Shown here: piece by piece, positions 38,191-51,455 of the stretch | How the letters are laid out: every line of letters begins with the position of its first letter | Position numbering within the stretch: the first letter of the stretch is position 1 | Assembly: GCF_004010195.1 (NCBI RefSeq) | Contig: NC_057718.1 | Span: forward strand, 60,860,073 to 60,924,072 | Source of the DNA: Chiloscyllium plagiosum | Taxonomy: Eukaryota | Reading direction: 5' to 3' | DNA length: 64,000 bases | Program-made: the position numbers and the translations under genes | Notes under the pieces: generated by a model | The model's input: only the letters and a program-made list of their open reading frames with translations | Told to the model about the DNA's origin: nothing | Databases searched by the model: none

Positions 38191-39869
38191 TTGTCTTTGA
38201 CTTTGGGCTGTAGAAGGAATTTTGACTGTAGGAGGATTATCATGCTCTCCCTTTGTCACATTTCTCTTTTTCAAGCAAATGATCTTCATGACATTGATCG
38301 AGTATCTCGTCAATCTTTGATTGATATTTAAATGTACATAATCTCTTTACAATGACTCTAAACATATATTTCTCCTTGTCACGATCGATCTTTTTCTGCC
38401 ATGAACTACTGATTAACATTGAACTCTCTATGTTTCATTCCTGCTTCTCATGACTCATCATCACATTGTCTTGCTTTTCTCTTACATTGCTAATGACACA
38501 TGTTTAAACAGATTAAACTTTGTTCTAGGAGTATGTTTAAACACTAACTCATAAGGAGAGCAACCTGTTTTGGACTAGTTCTTTTGTAAGAGAACAGGAA
38601 ATTGTTTGGCCTATGTTGAAAGAAACAAGAAATAACCACTTAACATGTCTAACTAGCAAATCGTCCAGAAAGACCTCTTCACAATTTCTCTCTGCAACAC
38701 CATTTACTGCTTAGTAAGATGCAGAAATTAAAATGTGTTTGACTTCATTGTTACTCAGGAATATTTCAAACTCTTCTGATGTAAACTGTGGACTATTACC
38801 TGACACCAACACCTTTGGCAGTCCACAATTTCAAACCAACTTCTCAAAACCTCAGTAGTTCTGGAACTTGTTGTGTTTGGAATATAGTCAGCATTTTTCT
38901 TCTTTATACAGCTATTGACCAAAACAGCACGTTTCCCCTTCTCCCTCAAAGGAGTCAATATGTACATATCCCCATGGTTTTCTTATGTTTGACTATGGAG
39001 TAACAGGAACCATCAATGGCTCATTTCTCATTCTGAGAAATCCTTCACAACCTTTCACCAGCTCTTCAATATCTCCATCTACCTTTAAATACAAAAATAA
39101 CTTCTTGGTTCTCTGTTCATAGACTATCCCGATGTGTTCTAAATGAAATTCCTCTTAAAACATTTCTCTCTAAACAATGGCAGAATAATGATTTGCAACA
39201 AAAAAGGAGGCAACATTGATCTATTTCATTTCTATGTGTGAAACATTCCTGCAATTTCTCAAAATCACATTTTTAAAGCTAGCCATTCATGACATAATTG
39301 TTCACTTTATTGAGCACCATGTTGTTGTGAAGGCATTCACTAATTTTTCTGGCAGACACTGGTAGTTTTTCAGTAAAATAATGTACCAAGAACTCCATGG
39401 CTAGAAATAAATCAGTCAACATTGGAAGTCCCAAAGAATGTCCAAATTTGCGAGATCTGCAAAATTACAACATTGAGTATTGTATTGTGCAGATGAACCA
39501 TCAAGATCGATTAGCATTTCTGAAGCCACACTGCCGTGAAGGATCACACTCCCTTTTAAACTGCATACGTGATTGATAAAGTGAACTTCCCACTATAAAG
39601 CATTGTCAAAACTAAGTAACTCCATGTCTGGGTGGTAACTTTTCTTTCTCAACTTGTGAATCTTTTTTTTTCTAATTTTGTGCAAGCTTCTCCAAACCAT
39701 CTTTGATGATGTGCGTTAACACCATGAGTCACTGTTGTAATAACGCATCAATCATTAAAACCACTTTTCCTTTGGATCATAGTAAGTTTAAGCAACCTAC
39801 TCATCAGCACTTTCTTCATTTCTTCAAATGTTTTCTGACACTCCATAGAATATCCATGGATTAACATCA

Positions 39870-40682
39870 TTTTCTAAAAGAGAAACTATGTTTGGCCAAT
39901 CGATTGGAATTCTTTGAGAAAGAAACATGTGCTGTGGATAAAGGGGAACCATGGATGTACTGCACCTAGATTTCCAGAAGGCATTTAATAAGGAGCCACA
40001 TTAAAGACTATTGCAGAAGATAAACAGTTAAGTTGCAGAGCGTTGAATATTGGCATGGATTGACAATTGGTTGGCTAACAGGAAGCAGAGAGTGGATGTA
40101 TGTGGGGCGTTTTCAGGTTGGCAATATGTAATGAGTAAATTGGTGCTGAGACCATAATTATGTAAATTACTCAGATGAAGGGGTATGACTTAGAAATATG
40201 GTTGACAAATTCACTGATGACACAAAACAGAGATAGGAATGTAAATTATGAAGCGGATATGATGAGGCTGCAAAAAGACATGTGTGGGCATTTGGCAAAT
40301 GAAGTTTAATGTGGGACAATGTAAAGTTGCTCATCTTTCCAGAAATAAAAAACAAAAAGAAGCATATTATCTAAATGGTGAGGGGTTTCAGAGCTCTGAG
40401 ATGCAGGGGGATCTGGGCATGAGTCACAAGAGGTTAGTACAGCAAACAATGTTAGCATTTATCAGGAGGGTAATTGGATAGAAAAAGGAGGTTATGCTTC
40501 TGTTATAGAGGGCTTTGGTGAGACTGCATCTGCAATGTTGTGCAAAATACTGGTCACTTTATTTAAGGAAGGGCATAAATGCATTGGAAGCAGGAGGGAG
40601 AAGGCTTATTAATTAACAGCGGAGATAGCCAAATTGGTTTATGCAGAAAGATTGCAAAGGCCAGACTTGGATCTATTGAAGT
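39870..40682 (+). mobile_element. CR1 LINE RT fragment inserted in the Gypsy relic
   Basis: LDFQKAFNK, KF.DDTK and W...WQMKFNV..CKV.H remnants. Confidence 0.8.
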
Positions 40683-40914
40683 TTATGTTTGACACCATAA
40701 AGTAACATTTATGGTTTTTAACTTTGATGTCATTCTGTTGAAGATTTTGTTCAGCTCTACCAAGTGCTCTTCCTCTGTCTCACTGCTAGTTAGAATATTA
40801 TCTAAGAGGCAGCGCACTCCTTTCAGCCCACTTAGTACCTGATTCATGACACTCTGGAATATTGTGAGAGGTATGGACACCCCAACTAATAGTGTTGGAT
40901 ATTGAAATGGGTGA

Positions 40915-41170
40915 AATAGTGGTCACAGTAGTAATATCAGTGTGCTTTTAATTTAAAGACTAATACTCTGGAGGTATGGCTTCAAATCCAGCTATGGAAT
41001 TTTAATTTAATTGACCATGACACCCATTTGGTTTACTGATGTCATTTAGGGAAGGAAGCCTATATGTGACTCTAAACTAACACTTTATGTGATAGACTTA
41101 CAGCTGCTTTCTGAAAAGCCATTCAGTTCAGGGCTGGCCTTAACATTGATGCCGAAATGCCATGAAAAAG
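40915..41170 (+). mobile_element. tRNA-derived SINE inserted in the Gypsy RT
   Basis: Degenerate B box GGCTTCAAATCC; body and tail (CCTATATGTGAC...GCTGGCC...CCATGAA) related to 46505-46638. Confidence 0.55.
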
Positions 41171-43603
41171 TTTTTAAAAAACCCTGCATGAATGAAAGAT
41201 AAGTCCTTCCTTTCCTTGTCCTAATTGCAAATGCACATTTGAAAAAACTATCATTACTGAGTGCTCCTTTTGTTGACTAAATTGGAATAAATGTTAACTA
41301 ATAGGAAGTGAGTAAATATCATTCTGAATCACATAATTTCCCTTTTTATATAGCCTCCATTAATCCAAATTCAATTTTGAACGTCCACAGTGGGTGCTGT
41401 CCCTTCACTGCTTTTCTTCTTCACATAGATCCTGTTCTACTAATGCATTCAGCTCTTCAGTTATTGATTTTAGAGAATGCAGGGATGTTGCTGGTATTTT
41501 TCTGGTCCTCCTACGTGTCACTGATCTCCTGGTCTTAATGCCTTACCCACATTCTCTGGATTCAATTGAGACCCATTGAACTAACCCTAGTTCCTTCTTG
41601 AATCCTGTTCTCCGAGGATTCAAACAAAACTCCAGTGAGACTCATTTACAGTGTATGGGACATTGTGCTGAGATGGCTGAAAAGCATCCCCTCCATTGGG
41701 TCTGGTTTTACTCAACTCTAAAGTGTTCAGGATTCCAGGGCAGCTTTCCTTGAACAGTGATACAGAAGGAAAAGAAAAGAAGCAAATTCCACACTCTGAA
41801 TCCTGCTATGTCATGGGACATCCTGTCTCATGTGCCCAAAGATCCATGAGTGTGAATTAGTCTATTCAGTTACATGAAGTCCCATGGGAGATATTCAGAG
41901 GAGACATCATCATCCAACTGAGGGAGAGCCAATGGCAGCAGACTTACGGCTGAAAAATATGTATAAGGCACTGGTCAGCCATGTAAAATCTCCACAGTAC
42001 ACCATCATTTATCTTGACTTTGGCTTTGTGGTGCTGAGTTTGATCATTTTGTTCTCCTTGCTTCAAGGTTGTGATCTCTAACTATTTTATATATAAAAGT
42101 AATACTCTTACTGATCCCCATTGTAAATAACTCAATCCAGTTTAACCAGATCTTCAGCCAACTCCTTCCCATCAGGGAGACCCTGTTGCCTCTTGCTGAT
42201 GTGAATGGGAAGTAATAGGCTGCATCACTGAAATCCACCTCAGCATTAACATCACAACTGTTGTTGAAATAGCTAGCCAGTTCCACACCAAAGTTTGCAC
42301 AAGAGAATGTGACTTCTGAACTTTTGTACTCTCCTGAGATAACAAGCACAACTCCAGCTGTACCAGTGATGAAAGTAAGTTGTGAATCTGTGATTTCTTT
42401 TTCTACTGTGAACAGCAGAAGAATACTTTCAGTCCTTGAACTCATCCTCATGTGCTATTTTCTTGCAATGTTGGGAATATCCTGATCAATAATGCTAACT
42501 TTGTTTCTACAGGAATCATTAACACATTCAAAGGTTTCCAAAATCCTGAATTAGCTTTAGGTCTATTGGGAGCTACATGCCACCTGAGCACTAACGTCTT
42601 GTTAGTTAAATGTACTGGTTGCCAACAAAAATAAAAGGGTTTAGTCAATAGTGACATTTTTTAGTCATTTCCTATGTAAAATCTTAAAAACATGAAACCT
42701 TGCTGAATTATTCTTTCCACTATAAACTTGAAGTTTAGATATCTTTTTAAACATAAGAATATTGTGATAGTCAATGTCAGAGGGAAAATAACCTATGGAA
42801 CATCTGGTGAATGCGGAATTGTGGTTGTTCTTCATCAATAGCTCGAGCACAAAGAGATAGTCTACGTTGCCTCGTCCCTTTCACTTCTTTTTCCACCTGC
42901 ATCAATTGGCGTTTGCCATGATTTGCTCTACAACTGTACTCATAGAATTAAAAAAAAAGGCATTAATAAGCACAATTTGTCACCACATGGCTTCTCTGAA
43001 AAGGGAGGAGTTATTTTCTAATGTCGTTGGAAACAGTGGGAGAATGAATGCTGACTCAGACAGCAAGATGAAAGTGCACCACCAACCTCACTGCTGGAAT
43101 CAGAAAAGACTGATGTGAATCCTCACCCTACTTCAATCCCACTGGCAGTTCCATCAACAACAAAAACAGTCAAATTGTTTTAAAAGGATCTCACATTTGT
43201 ATTTCAACTTCGGGAACTTGCTGTTACTTTGAAGTTATTGGGATGGTCACTAAGTGGGCAACGTACATGCCTAAATAAAAACAGTAAGTATAATTGTTGA
43301 AAATAAAACCTTTGTACATGTAATTTAAGGAGAGAGTGGGCCATCTGATCAGTTTATTGGTGGTGTGCATAAGATTCAGAAGTGGGCCAGTAAAATACTT
43401 GTTCCGTAATGGCCGATTAGTGATCTGTATTTGATTTCCTGATAGTCTTATAGTGAAGATTTGTCCTGTCTGATGGGCTCTTAATTGGGGGAGGGTTAAG
43501 TAAAAATCTGTACTCAATCCCAACTGTCTCATGAGGAGCATATCTTTTCATCAGCCAGTTTTCTCCTGGATATTTAGAAGGGCTGGCATATAAAGTGATG
43601 TTG

Positions 43604-43832
43604 GGGTCGAGAGTGTGGTGCTGGAAAAGCACAGCAGGTCAAGCAGCATCCACGAAGCAAGAGAATCGACATTTCGGGCAAAAGCCCTTCATCGGGAATG
43701 CCATTCCCGATGAAAGGCTTTTGCCCGAAATGTCGATTCTCCTGCTCCTTGGATCTTTCCTGACCTGCTGTGCTTTTCCAGCACCACACTCTTGACTCTG
43801 ATGTCCAGCATCTGCAGTCCTCACTTTCTCAT
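43604..43832. mobile_element. Palindromic PLE family-A cassette with back-to-back HHRs and 15-bp TSD
   Basis: TSD TATAAAGTGATGTTG 43589-43603 and 43833-43847; ~96-bp arms meeting at C43701; both HHR cores read CCGATGA...GAAATGTC. Confidence 0.88.
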
Positions 43833-44104
43833 TATAAAGTGATGTTGACAGAGGAGAAGTCGCAATTTCCCTCTATGTAATCATAGAATTCTAAAGCACA
43901 GAGGTAATTTGTCCCAGCAACCCATCTGCCCTTTCCCCATGTCCTATTATATTTTTATTTTTCAAATCTTTATCCATTTCCCTTTTAAATGTGATAACGG
44001 ATGTCGTTTCCACCAATGTTTCCAGTGGAGTATTTCATGTCTAAATGATGATCTGTATATTTACTGCATTCTATTTTTACTCTACAAATTAGGCCTTTTT
44101 TTTT

Positions 44105-44505
44105 AATTTAGAAGGTTCGGGGTGGATCTGATCAAAGTCTTCAAGATATTAACAGGAAAAGACAGGATAGATGAAGATAAACTATTTCCAATGGTTTAGG
44201 ATTCTAGAACTAGAGGGCATAGTCTGAAAATTAGGGCTAGACCATTCAGGAGAGGTGTTAAGAAGCTCTTCTACATACCAAGGGTGTTAGATATTTGGAA
44301 CTCTCTTCCACAAATGGCAGTGGATGCAGGATCAGTTGTTAATTTATTGCTGAGTTAGATAATATATTGTTAAGCAAAAGATATTAAGGGCTATGGGCCA
44401 AAGGTAGGTATATGGAGTTAGGCCACAGATCAGCCATAATCTAATTGAATGGCAGAACAGGTTTGAGGGACAGAGAACCTACTCCTATTCCTATGCTCCT
44501 ATGTA
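44105..44505 (+). mobile_element. CR1 LINE 3' fragment
   Basis: DLIKVFKIL.G.DRID..KLFP....SRTRGHSLKI coding remnant and CR1 3' tail. Confidence 0.8.
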
Positions 44506-46504
44506 AAGGAATTATCCTAAGTTTTGTTTTTGTGTGGTCTTATAAATGACATATACAAAAGTGATGGAAGATAAGTATTTGAAGCTCTTCAAAGTATAAA
44601 GACAACAATTTCCAGACATGATTCTTTGATTTACTTTAGATGATTCATCTAATTAATTATTTTCAAAATGTGCTATTTTACGTATCTTTGTGATCATACT
44701 AAATTAAGCATGAGTTTAAAAATTACTAGAAAATTGAAATTATTGCAAAATTAGTTTTTTATTAAATGGTTAAAGATTGGGAATTCATAGAAATGCATTG
44801 AGTATGTAAAATACCAAAAGCAAACAGTTTGGAAAGTATGAATCATGTAGCATAATTAGAGTTGGCCAACTGCTATAATTGTTATTTAATCATTTACATG
44901 CTCTAAGCCTTAGAACTTTTGCTAATAATAAAATCTTGCTAAATTTTGGCTGTGAGCATGAATGCGAGGTAATGTATTCTTCCTCACAAGTGATTAGCAG
45001 TCTAAAAGGATTACTAAGATAATTTTGAAAATTCAGTGGACCATTGCTTGTGAATAAACAAATTAAGAGCCATGGAGAAGTGTACGATAATTTCCATCTC
45101 AGTACTGATCTAACTCAATAATCACGTATTCATAAATTTCATCGGTCATATGGGGCTAATTCCCCAGTACATTCCACTCTGCTGATTTATTACTTCAAAG
45201 AAATATTTACTGTGATCATAACTAAATCACAGTAAGACAAATGATAAAGTGGAGACTTGCAGGTAAATATTAAAATAACAAATAAAATATATACAACTAT
45301 TATTATTGAGGATTGTGTATTCCATTCCAAATTGATAAGTTTAGGAAAATCAAGTTATACAGTGTCCATCTGTCTGAATTATCAAAAATATAAAGTCACC
45401 CTTGTTCCCATTTTGGATTAGATTATGTTATTTAAAGCAGAAGTTTAGCATTCTCTGACCTGTTCTAGCAAAGCTAAAATTTAAAATGATGAGATCCACA
45501 GTCTGAGAGGTTTACAAGCCTTCAGCATTTGACTGCAAAACAAAACATATTTCAAGATAAAAGGTACAGGAAAAAGAAAAAGTGCAAGCTTAATTTACAC
45601 CCATTCAGGGTGGCCATTGGTTTTATGATACCAAAGCTTGAATTCATTTTCTCTCAATCTTAATCTGGATGTTGAATATGTTGGACTAAGTTTTACCTGT
45701 CCATAATTCAGATTTAGAAGTCGTACAGACATTTTGCAGCAAGCTCTGGCTCTGAGTGACAGGTTGATTAGAACTAGGATGCCATTTTGTGCACACATCG
45801 AAATCCACTATTCTTGCTGTGGGTCATGCTGTCAGTGTGGTTGCTTGACATACCCAGAAAACTTGCAGACCCTGATATCAGACAGCCTGCAATGCTGATC
45901 TGATGCCACTGCCATATTCAACTCCCAAGCACCAACTAATACCTCTCTAATTTTGCACCTACATGAAGGACCTCCCATTAATGCTACTTAAAGAGACAGT
46001 CAGCCCACGAAAACTGGTTGTTAGTTGATTTCTGCTGCTTTGCTGACTTAGGAGAACTACTTGGTATTTTGCACAGTTAATTCAAGTTTGCAGCTGAAAT
46101 ATGGGTGTGCTGGGCCTTGATAGAGTAACAGTGACACAAGGAAAAGTGCTGTCATGGAGACAAGACAAGAGGTTAATGCTCCACTGTGTCACTGGCACTC
46201 TCCTTCCCACAGCGGAATGCTTCAGAAATCCTAGCAATATATTTGGAAGAAGGTTTGTTACACTAAAGCAAAAACCTGAAAACTTTTCTGAGCATTGAGG
46301 TCCACTGTCACAAATCTCAGTCTGCATTGCAAACAAACTGATCTTGGCTGGCTTCAGTCTAACCTTCCACTGTTGGAAATATTGCAGTTGCTGAATTGAT
46401 TTTAGAGTGGAATCTATGATGTGGATATCTCAGAAGGAAGCCTGGCATTTCTTCAGTTTCAGCTGAAGTGCCTGGAGAAATGATGGTGCAGTCGTATAGT
46501 CGCA

Positions 46505-46638
46505 TGACTAGGCCTATATGTGACCCCAGACCCACTGCAATATGGTTGTTTCTTAACTGCCCTCTGGGCAATTCGGGACGGTCAATCAATGATGGCCTAA
46601 CTGGAGATGCCCACACCCCATGAATGATTTTATAAAAA
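46505..46638 (+). mobile_element. SINE/LINE shared 3' tail fragment
   Basis: GGGCAATT.GGGA.GG.CAA..AATG.TGGCCTA...GATGCCCACA.CCCATGAATGA, same tail family as 14068-14110 and 57070-57125. Confidence 0.55.
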
Positions 46639-47288
46639 GTTGAAATGGGATTGGAGGTCTAAGCTGGACTGCATTCAACTGGAGCCTCAACAACAGAGGC
46701 AGAGTTCACTGAAAGGTAAGTAGGGTCAGCTGTCACTGTGGGCAGTCAGGGAGACTCCAAGGAAGGGAGAGGGTGGTGGTTTGTGAGCACAGGTTGTTGC
46801 TGCAATGGAAGTGGCCTTGCATGAGCCTTGTCATGAACCACAGAGTTCCTGATTTTGAGGATCCCCAAGCCTACAGGGAGAATGTCAGTGTTCACTAGAG
46901 CATTCACTAGAGGTGTTGAAGAACTATTGAAGGCACTTCACTGCCAGTAAAGTGGCAAAATTGGCATCTGGGTGGAAGGGCAGTTTGTCAACTGCCTTGC
47001 CACTGTTAAATGCCACACTATTCCCAACCTCTCAGTTGAGTTTTCAACTCTTCCCACCTCCAAACACACTCCTGCAGGCCTTGGAAAATCCAGTCCATTG
47101 GATCCAGATGCCATATCCATATTACATGCAATGGCAGTATCAGTCCACTGTCTACCTGCGTGGTCAAGTAACAGTTTATCAGAAATATCAGCTTCTTTTT
47201 CCTATTTATCTGCACCTCCTTCAGCACCACCTAGCCAGATTATACATCTAAAGGAGAAAAGTAGAAGGTAGGGTAGCAGTCATGGGAT

Positions 47289-47395
47289 TGGTGCAGTGGT
47301 ACTGTCCCTCCCCCTGCAAAGGGAGGCCCAGGTTTAATGTCCCAACTGCTACAAAGGTGTGTAATAACATCTCTGAGCTGGTTGATTAGAAAAAT
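47289..47395 (+). mobile_element. Short tRNA-related SINE with imperfect TSD
   Basis: TGGTGCAGTGG A-box-like start; flanks TAGCAGTCATGGGA / TAGTAGTCACGGGA. Confidence 0.45.
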
Positions 47396-50300
47396 AGTAG
47401 TCACGGGAGGAACAAAAAGGCAGATGAGTTTACACCATATACAGCTTTTAAATCAGAAGAGGTTGTAGAATGAGGGGGAAATAGGAGCCCTGGCTCCCTG
47501 TGGAATCACATTTCCTCTTGTCCTGTTGACTTCCTGCATCAAGATCTCTTATGCTGCATTGAAGAAATTCAAAATCTGTTTTCCACCATTTTATACCATT
47601 CCTATGAGTTTCTCAAAGTAAAGCCACTGTGCAATGAATTTTTGAATGCTTCTGACAAAATATACCTGTATGAAGTACAGGCTTTTTTTTTTAGGATTTC
47701 TGCAATTTTTGCCCCAAAGTGCCTCACATATGGAAAGTATAGCCTTTCCAATTGTGAGAAAAGAAGTAAGTAGGATGTCTCTGCCTTGATATAGAAAAAT
47801 GAAATGATTAGAATATCCCAAATCCTTTCACAACAGGATATCCCACAAGGCACCTGGAAATATTTATATTTGGAGTATGGCAGTGCATCTGCAGAAGTCT
47901 TGGCAATAAGCCATGCAGCTTGCATGCTGTTGGCATGTGGGGCTATACTTTAACATGATTCCTGCAGAGACCAACATCCAACCTGTCAACCACAAGTGCA
48001 ATGAGTTTAATCAATTGTCAGTCAGATTTTTTTAACTCTTTTTCTACTAAAGAAGAAGATGTCTCTTTAAACTATTAGTATTTGTGTTTGTTCTATTGAC
48101 CTCCACAACAAAGATGATAGTGCTGAAGGAAGTACTCTGTGAATTTTCATTCCATCTGGACTGGTGTTGCAGTTCCTAATCATTCTGTGTGTATATAAAA
48201 TTAATCCAACCGTTTCTTCTGCTTTTATGCAACCATGGACTGAAATGAGAGAGAATGAATAAAATCTACCTTGCAACACTTCTTGACATTTGATAAATGA
48301 AAATAAACTTTATGGAAGGTAATACATGATTAAACAATGTAGGAAAGGTAAACCTGAGTGTTTATTTAGGGTGTGCCATGAAATTAAGTCAGGTTCAAAC
48401 AGGTAAAAGGTAAATTTAGGACTGATCAAGATGCAGTCAGTAATTAGATTGGAATTGCAATTAAGTCACTGCAGGCAAAATCTTAGAATTTATTAAAAGA
48501 CAATCGGATATTATAACAGAGGTCTATAAGTTGTTCTAGTTGGGAAACATTCCTTCTGTACTTCATCCTTAACTTGTAATATTTTAAAGATTAGGGCTGA
48601 GCATCTGTTTCATTATTCTTCAGGTTGGTGCTCCACTGTGAAACTTGAGAACAGGGGCCAGACATTTGTGGGGGAGGTGCAGAGGTTGAATTGGGAAACA
48701 TCCTGACCTGGCTCCCTTAAACCAGCTCCTGCTTGCCAAATTTCGATGTTGGGCTGACAGGGACAGAGTGAACACAAGATCCAAATGCAGGCCTGAGACA
48801 GAATATGAGGCATGTAAGGCCTGCAGATTGGAACATCATCTCTCTTTACTGAGACATCAGCCCAATGTTGGCCCTGACCCTTAAACTCTCAAACATCACC
48901 CATCTTAACCCCCACCATTTTCTGAGTCGGTACATGAAAGGGTTAGCCAACACTATAAGGTAAACTCCACCCATCAGGACATAGAGTCATAGAGATGTAC
49001 AGCACAGAAACAGACCCTTTGGTCCAACTCGTCTATGCTGACCAGATATCTCAACCCATCTGGTCCCACCTGGCCCGTTTCCCCCCAAAGCCTTCCTATT
49101 CATATACCTATCCAGATGCCTTTTACATGTTGCAATTGTACTGGCCTCCACCACTTCCTCTGGCAGCTCATTCCATACACGCACCACCTTTTACGTGAAA
49201 AAGTTACCCCTTAGGTCTCTTTTATATCTTTCCCTAAACTTATGCCCTCAAGTTCTGGACTCCCCCATCCCAGGGAAAAGACTTTCTCCAGTTACCCTAT
49301 CCATGCCCCTCATGATTTTATAAACCTCTATAAGGTCACCCCTCAGCCTCCGATGCTCCAGAAAAAACAGCCCCAGCCTGTTCAACCTCTCCCTATAGCT
49401 CAAATCCTCCAACCCTGGCAACATCCTTGTAAATCTTTTCTGAGCCCTTTCAACTTTCACAACATCTTTCTGATAGGAAGGAAACCAGAGTTGCACACAA
49501 TATTCCAAAAGTGACCTAACCAATGTCCTGTCAGCTGCAACATGACCTCCCAACTCCTGTACTCAATACTCTGCCAATAAAGGAAAGCATACCAAACACC
49601 TTCTTCACTGCCCTATCTACCTGCGACTCCACTTTCAAGAAGTTATGAAACTGCACTCTTTGTTCAGCAACACTCCTTAGGACCTTACCATTAAGTGTGT
49701 AAGTCCTGCTAAGATTTGCTTTCCCAAAATGCAGCACTTCGCATTTATCTGAATTAAACTCCATCTGCCACTTCTAAGTCCATTGGTCCATCTGATCAAC
49801 TTCCTGTTGTAATCAGAGGTAACCTTCTTTGCTGTCCACTACACCTCCAATTTTGGTGCCATCTGCAAACTTACTAACTATATCTCCTATGGTCACATCC
49901 AAATCATTTATATAAATGATGAAAAGTAGTGAACCCAGCACAGGTCCTTGTGGCACTCCACTGGTCACAGGCCTCCAGTCTGAAAAACAACCCTCCATCA
50001 CAACCATCTGTCTTCTACCTTTGAGCCAGTTCTGTATCCAAATGGCTAGTTCTCCCTGTATTCCATGAGATCTAACCTTGCTAACCAGTCTCCCATGGGG
50101 AACCTTGTCGAATGCTTTCCTGAAGTCCATGTAGATCACAGTTTCTGCTCTGCCCTCATCAATCCTCTTTGTTCCTTCTTAAAAAAAACTCAATCAAGTT
50201 TGTGAGACATGATTTTACACACACAAAGTCATGGTGACTCTCTCCCTAATCACTCCATGCCTTTCCAAATAGATGTACTTCCTGTCCCTCAGGATTCCCT

Positions 50301-51039
50301 CCAGCAACTTGCCGACCTCCGACATCAGGCTCACTGATCTATAGTTCTCTGGCTTGTCCTTACCACCCTTCTTAAACAGTGGCACCACATTAGACAACCT
50401 CCAGTCTTTCGGCACCTTACTGTGACTATCGATGATGCAAATATCTTAGTAAGAGGCCCAGTAATCACTTCTTTAGCTTCCCACAGAGTTCTAGGGTACA
50501 CCTGATCAGGTCCTGGGAATTTATTCACTTTTATGTATTTCAAGACATCCAGCACTTCCTCCTCTGTAATCTGGACAGTTTTCAAGATGTCACTATCTAT
50601 TTCCCTACATTCTATATCTTCCATATCCTTTTCCACTGTAAATATTGATGCAAAACACTCATTTAGTATCTCCCCAATCTCCTGTGGCTCCACGCAAAGG
50701 CTGCCTTGCTGATCTTTGAAGAATCCTATTCTCTCCATAATTACGCTTTTGCCCTTACTGTATTTGTAAAAACCCTTTGAATCCTCCTTGAGTCTATTTG
50801 CCAAGACTATATCATGTTCTCTTTTGCCATCCCTACTGCCTTTATACTCTGCTAAGGATTCACCCGATCTATCTGGTCTATACCTGACATATGCTTCCTT
50901 CTTTTTCTTAATCAAACCCTCAATTTCTTTAGTCATCCAGCATTCCCTATATCTACCAGCATTTCCTTTCACCCGAACAGGAATATACTTTTTCTGGACT
51001 CTCGTAATTCATTTCTGAAGGCTTCCCATTTTTCAGCCG

Positions 51040-51232
51040 TCCCTTTACCTGCAAACATCTGCCCCAAATCAGCTTTTGAAATTTCTTGCCTCATAAAATC
51101 AAAATTGGCCATCCTCCAATTTAGGACTTCAACTTATCCCTTTACCTGCAAACATCTGCCCCAAATCAGCTTTTGAAAGTTCTTGCCTCATAAAATCAAA
51201 ATTGGCCATCCTCCAATTTAGGACTTCAACTT
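51040..51232. repeat. 97-bp tandem duplication inside the CR1
   Basis: TCCCTTTACCTGCAAACATC...GGACTTCAACTT at 51040-51135 and 51137-51232, nearly identical. Confidence 0.9.
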
Positions 51233-51322
51233 TTAGATCTGGTCTATCCTTTTCCATCAGTATTTTAAAGCTAATTGAATTATGGTCGCTGGCCCCAGAG
51301 TGCTCCCCCACTGACACCTCAG

Positions 51323-51455
51323 GCTTCATTCCTGATGAAGGGCTTTTGCTCAAAACATCGATTTCCCTGCTCCTCGAATGCTGCCTGTCTTGCTGTGCTT
51401 TTCTAGCACCACTCTAATCTTGACTCTAATCTCCAGCATCTGCAGTACCCACCTC
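51323..51455 (+). mobile_element. PLE family-A 3' end with decayed HHR, inserted into the CR1 endonuclease region
   Basis: TSD CACCTCAG 51315-51322 and 51456-51463; ATTC CTGATGA A GGGC TTTT GCTC AAAA CA TC GATT. Confidence 0.82.

Larger units (their letters stand above)
37173..42450 (-). mobile_element. Gypsy LTR retrotransposon relic (protease-RT-RNaseH-integrase, PPT and putative 3' LTR), fragmented by later insertions
   Basis: Protease-like ..TGTAGVVLVIS...GNRVSLMGRSWL..LNW (42044-42451); RT IFQSVMNQVLSGLKGVRCLLDNIL....EEEHL (40683-40880); RNaseH-region YDPK..V.L.IDA (~39740-39785); integrase GLPKVLVSGNSPQFTSEEFE.FL....KHI....NGVAER (~38685-38825); purine tract AGTAGGGAGGAGG (37445-37433) abutting TGTAG. 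Confidence 0.8.

Noticed and set aside
42970..43330. Primer-binding site and 5' LTR of the Gypsy relic
   Set aside because: TGGTGAC occurs on the minus strand near 42980, but adjacent sequence does not match the putative 3' LTR at 37173-37432.
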